The notes under the pieces were generated by a model that had not been told where the DNA came from, ran no database searches, and saw nothing but the letters and a program-made list of their open reading frames with translations. Source: Phaeosaccion multiseriatum (Eukaryota; Protista; Ochrophyta, other classes). From it: DNA of 64,000 nucleotides. Position 1 is the first letter of the stretch, and the number at the start of each line of letters is the position of its first letter. The stretch spans positions 2,666,001 to 2,730,000 of the forward strand of contig OZ218961.1 in the NCBI GenBank assembly GCA_965112735.1, in the 5' to 3' direction. The position numbers and the translations under genes were made by a program. Below, in pieces: positions 62,510 through 64,000 of this stretch.

Positions 62510-64000
62510 ATGTCCCTTAGTGATGCCATTACTGCCGCAGAGGCCGTTGTGCTGCAGCTTAAGCAGGAGATTGAGGATGCCTTCCCGTCGAGGTGTGCCA
62601 TCACGTCGAGCGACTGCACGGCCTCCCACAATAGCGCTTGCAGCAGCATCAGGAGTGGGGCCACCTGCGAGGTGGACGGGGTGCTCGACGAATGCGAAGA
62701 GGAGTCTTGCGGGTGAGTAGGAAGTAGGCACCACGCCGACGAGTCTTCCCATCCAACTAATAAAGCCTGGCCTTCCTCTCTCTTATTTTCTTTACTTCTC
62801 TCTCCTCGCTCCCGTGCTCAGATACCTTGTCGACAAAACGCTGAGTGTGGTGAGGATTCCCGCGGCTCTAGCTGATGGAGAGAGCGGAAACCCCACGGAG
62901 GCAAGTCTTATTGAAGCTGCGTGCTTCTCGGGACTGATTGAAGGTGAGCGAGAGGCAGGAGGAGGGGCAGGGGCCTAAAACAGGAGTTGAGCACATCGTT
63001 AACATCACTAGTCTCTCTCCCTCTCCCCCACTTGACATTTGACAGACTCTCTCAAGTCTGCCTACGATGATAACAACGAGAGGTACGGACTTGAAGCAGC
63101 CTTCTTCGGGAGCTGGAGCGGTGTCTTTCGGTACTTTCCTGGCATCGCTGAGGAAGAATGCGGCAACTTCGACCCGCGCTTAAGGTAGGGGCCACGTACG
63201 TGCTTCCGGGCTCTCTTGTGTACCGTCGATGGACTCAGTATCGCCTCCCCCTGCTCCCGTCCCCATTCATCTCTGTACGCAGGCCCTGGTTCGTTGGAGC
63301 GAGCAGCGGGCCTAAGGATGTCGTCATCATCCTCGACACGTCGGGGAGCATGAGATTTGAGGGCAAGATGGAGCTCGCCATCGAAGCGGTGCAGACGGTG
63401 CTCACCGGGATGACCTTCGACCACTACGTCAACGTCATCTCTTTCGACTCCTCGGCAGAGGTGCTAAGCCTCAGTACGGATTCGCTACTGCAGGTACCGC
63501 GGTAGTAGTCTATCTGGACAGCTCCTCGCTCCTCTCGCTCCCTTTGCATTGTTTGTACTGGCTGACAAACTGCGCTCTGCTGCTGCCCACCAGGCCACGG
63601 AAGAAAACCTGCTTGCTCTCTCTGGGCTGGTCGGCCAATTGTCTCCCAACGGCGGGACGAACTTCTACGAAGGTGAGCGAGAAGCGCTCTCTGAAATCTG
63701 TCCAGCAGCTGCTTCTGTACTCACGTATGTCTCTCCTTGTCGTGCCATCCATCATGTGCTCCAACCCTCTGCGGCAGCCTTCGACTTGGCGTTCGATCTC
63801 ATCGAGAGGTGAGCCTAGCCAAGTCAAGCGAAGAGCATCACATACGCACTGGCTGCAGCAATCCCCGGATTGGGCACCTCACCTCACTTACGTCATCTCA
63901 CGTACGTACCTGTTCCGTTTGCTTCGCTTGCAATTGTTGGTTCTATATGCCTTCCACAGCTCCGTCGCTAGCGGCAACACGGCGGGATGCCACACTACGA
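62510..64000 (+). CDS. VWA/Cache alpha2delta-like protein, copy 2, truncated by the window end
   Basis: Duplicate of 53617 onward; PKDVVIILDTSGSM is intact. Confidence 0.75.

Larger units (their letters stand above)
57466..64000. repeat. Tandem segmental duplication, unit 2 (runs off the window; position 64000 corresponds to ~55093)
   Basis: Near-identical ORF pairs, e.g. 49755/58954, 50380/59579, 50984/60183, 54171/63062. Confidence 0.95.

Overview
Eukaryotic, GC-rich, intron-containing DNA (GT-AG introns, many filled with microsatellites). The gene types point to a photosynthetic stramenopile (ochrophyte); this is an inference. The supplied ORF track ignores splicing, so I rebuilt the gene models by hand from splice sites and reading phase. 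Main contents: (1) 721-6782, a cytosolic LRR-ROC-COR (ROCO) GTPase whose 11 LRRs each sit on their own 72-nt phase-1 exon, separated by near-identical 92-nt introns (exact 164-bp period). Variation is concentrated in the solvent-exposed LRR codons, exons and introns are shuffled mosaically, and a potential hairpin covers each repeated 5' splice site. This is a candidate diversifying immune-receptor system like the one described in brown algae. (2) 7.9-47.3 kb, ordinary genes: a double-FHA PP2C phosphatase, a coiled-coil protein with a C1q-like C-terminus, a tRNA-binding OB-fold protein head-to-head with an SDR, a very large Trf4/PAPD5-like nucleotidyltransferase and a large low-complexity unknown protein. 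(3) From 48258 to the window end, a ~9.2-kb tandem duplication. Each unit carries an intact secreted TIMP-like + Kazal dual protease-inhibitor gene (not visible as one ORF in the track), a pseudogenised ubiquitin-like/Zn-domain/RING gene, an alpha2delta-like VWA/Cache membrane protein gene and WRKY19-like zinc-finger relics. No rRNA, tRNA, CRISPR array or intact transposase was recognised.
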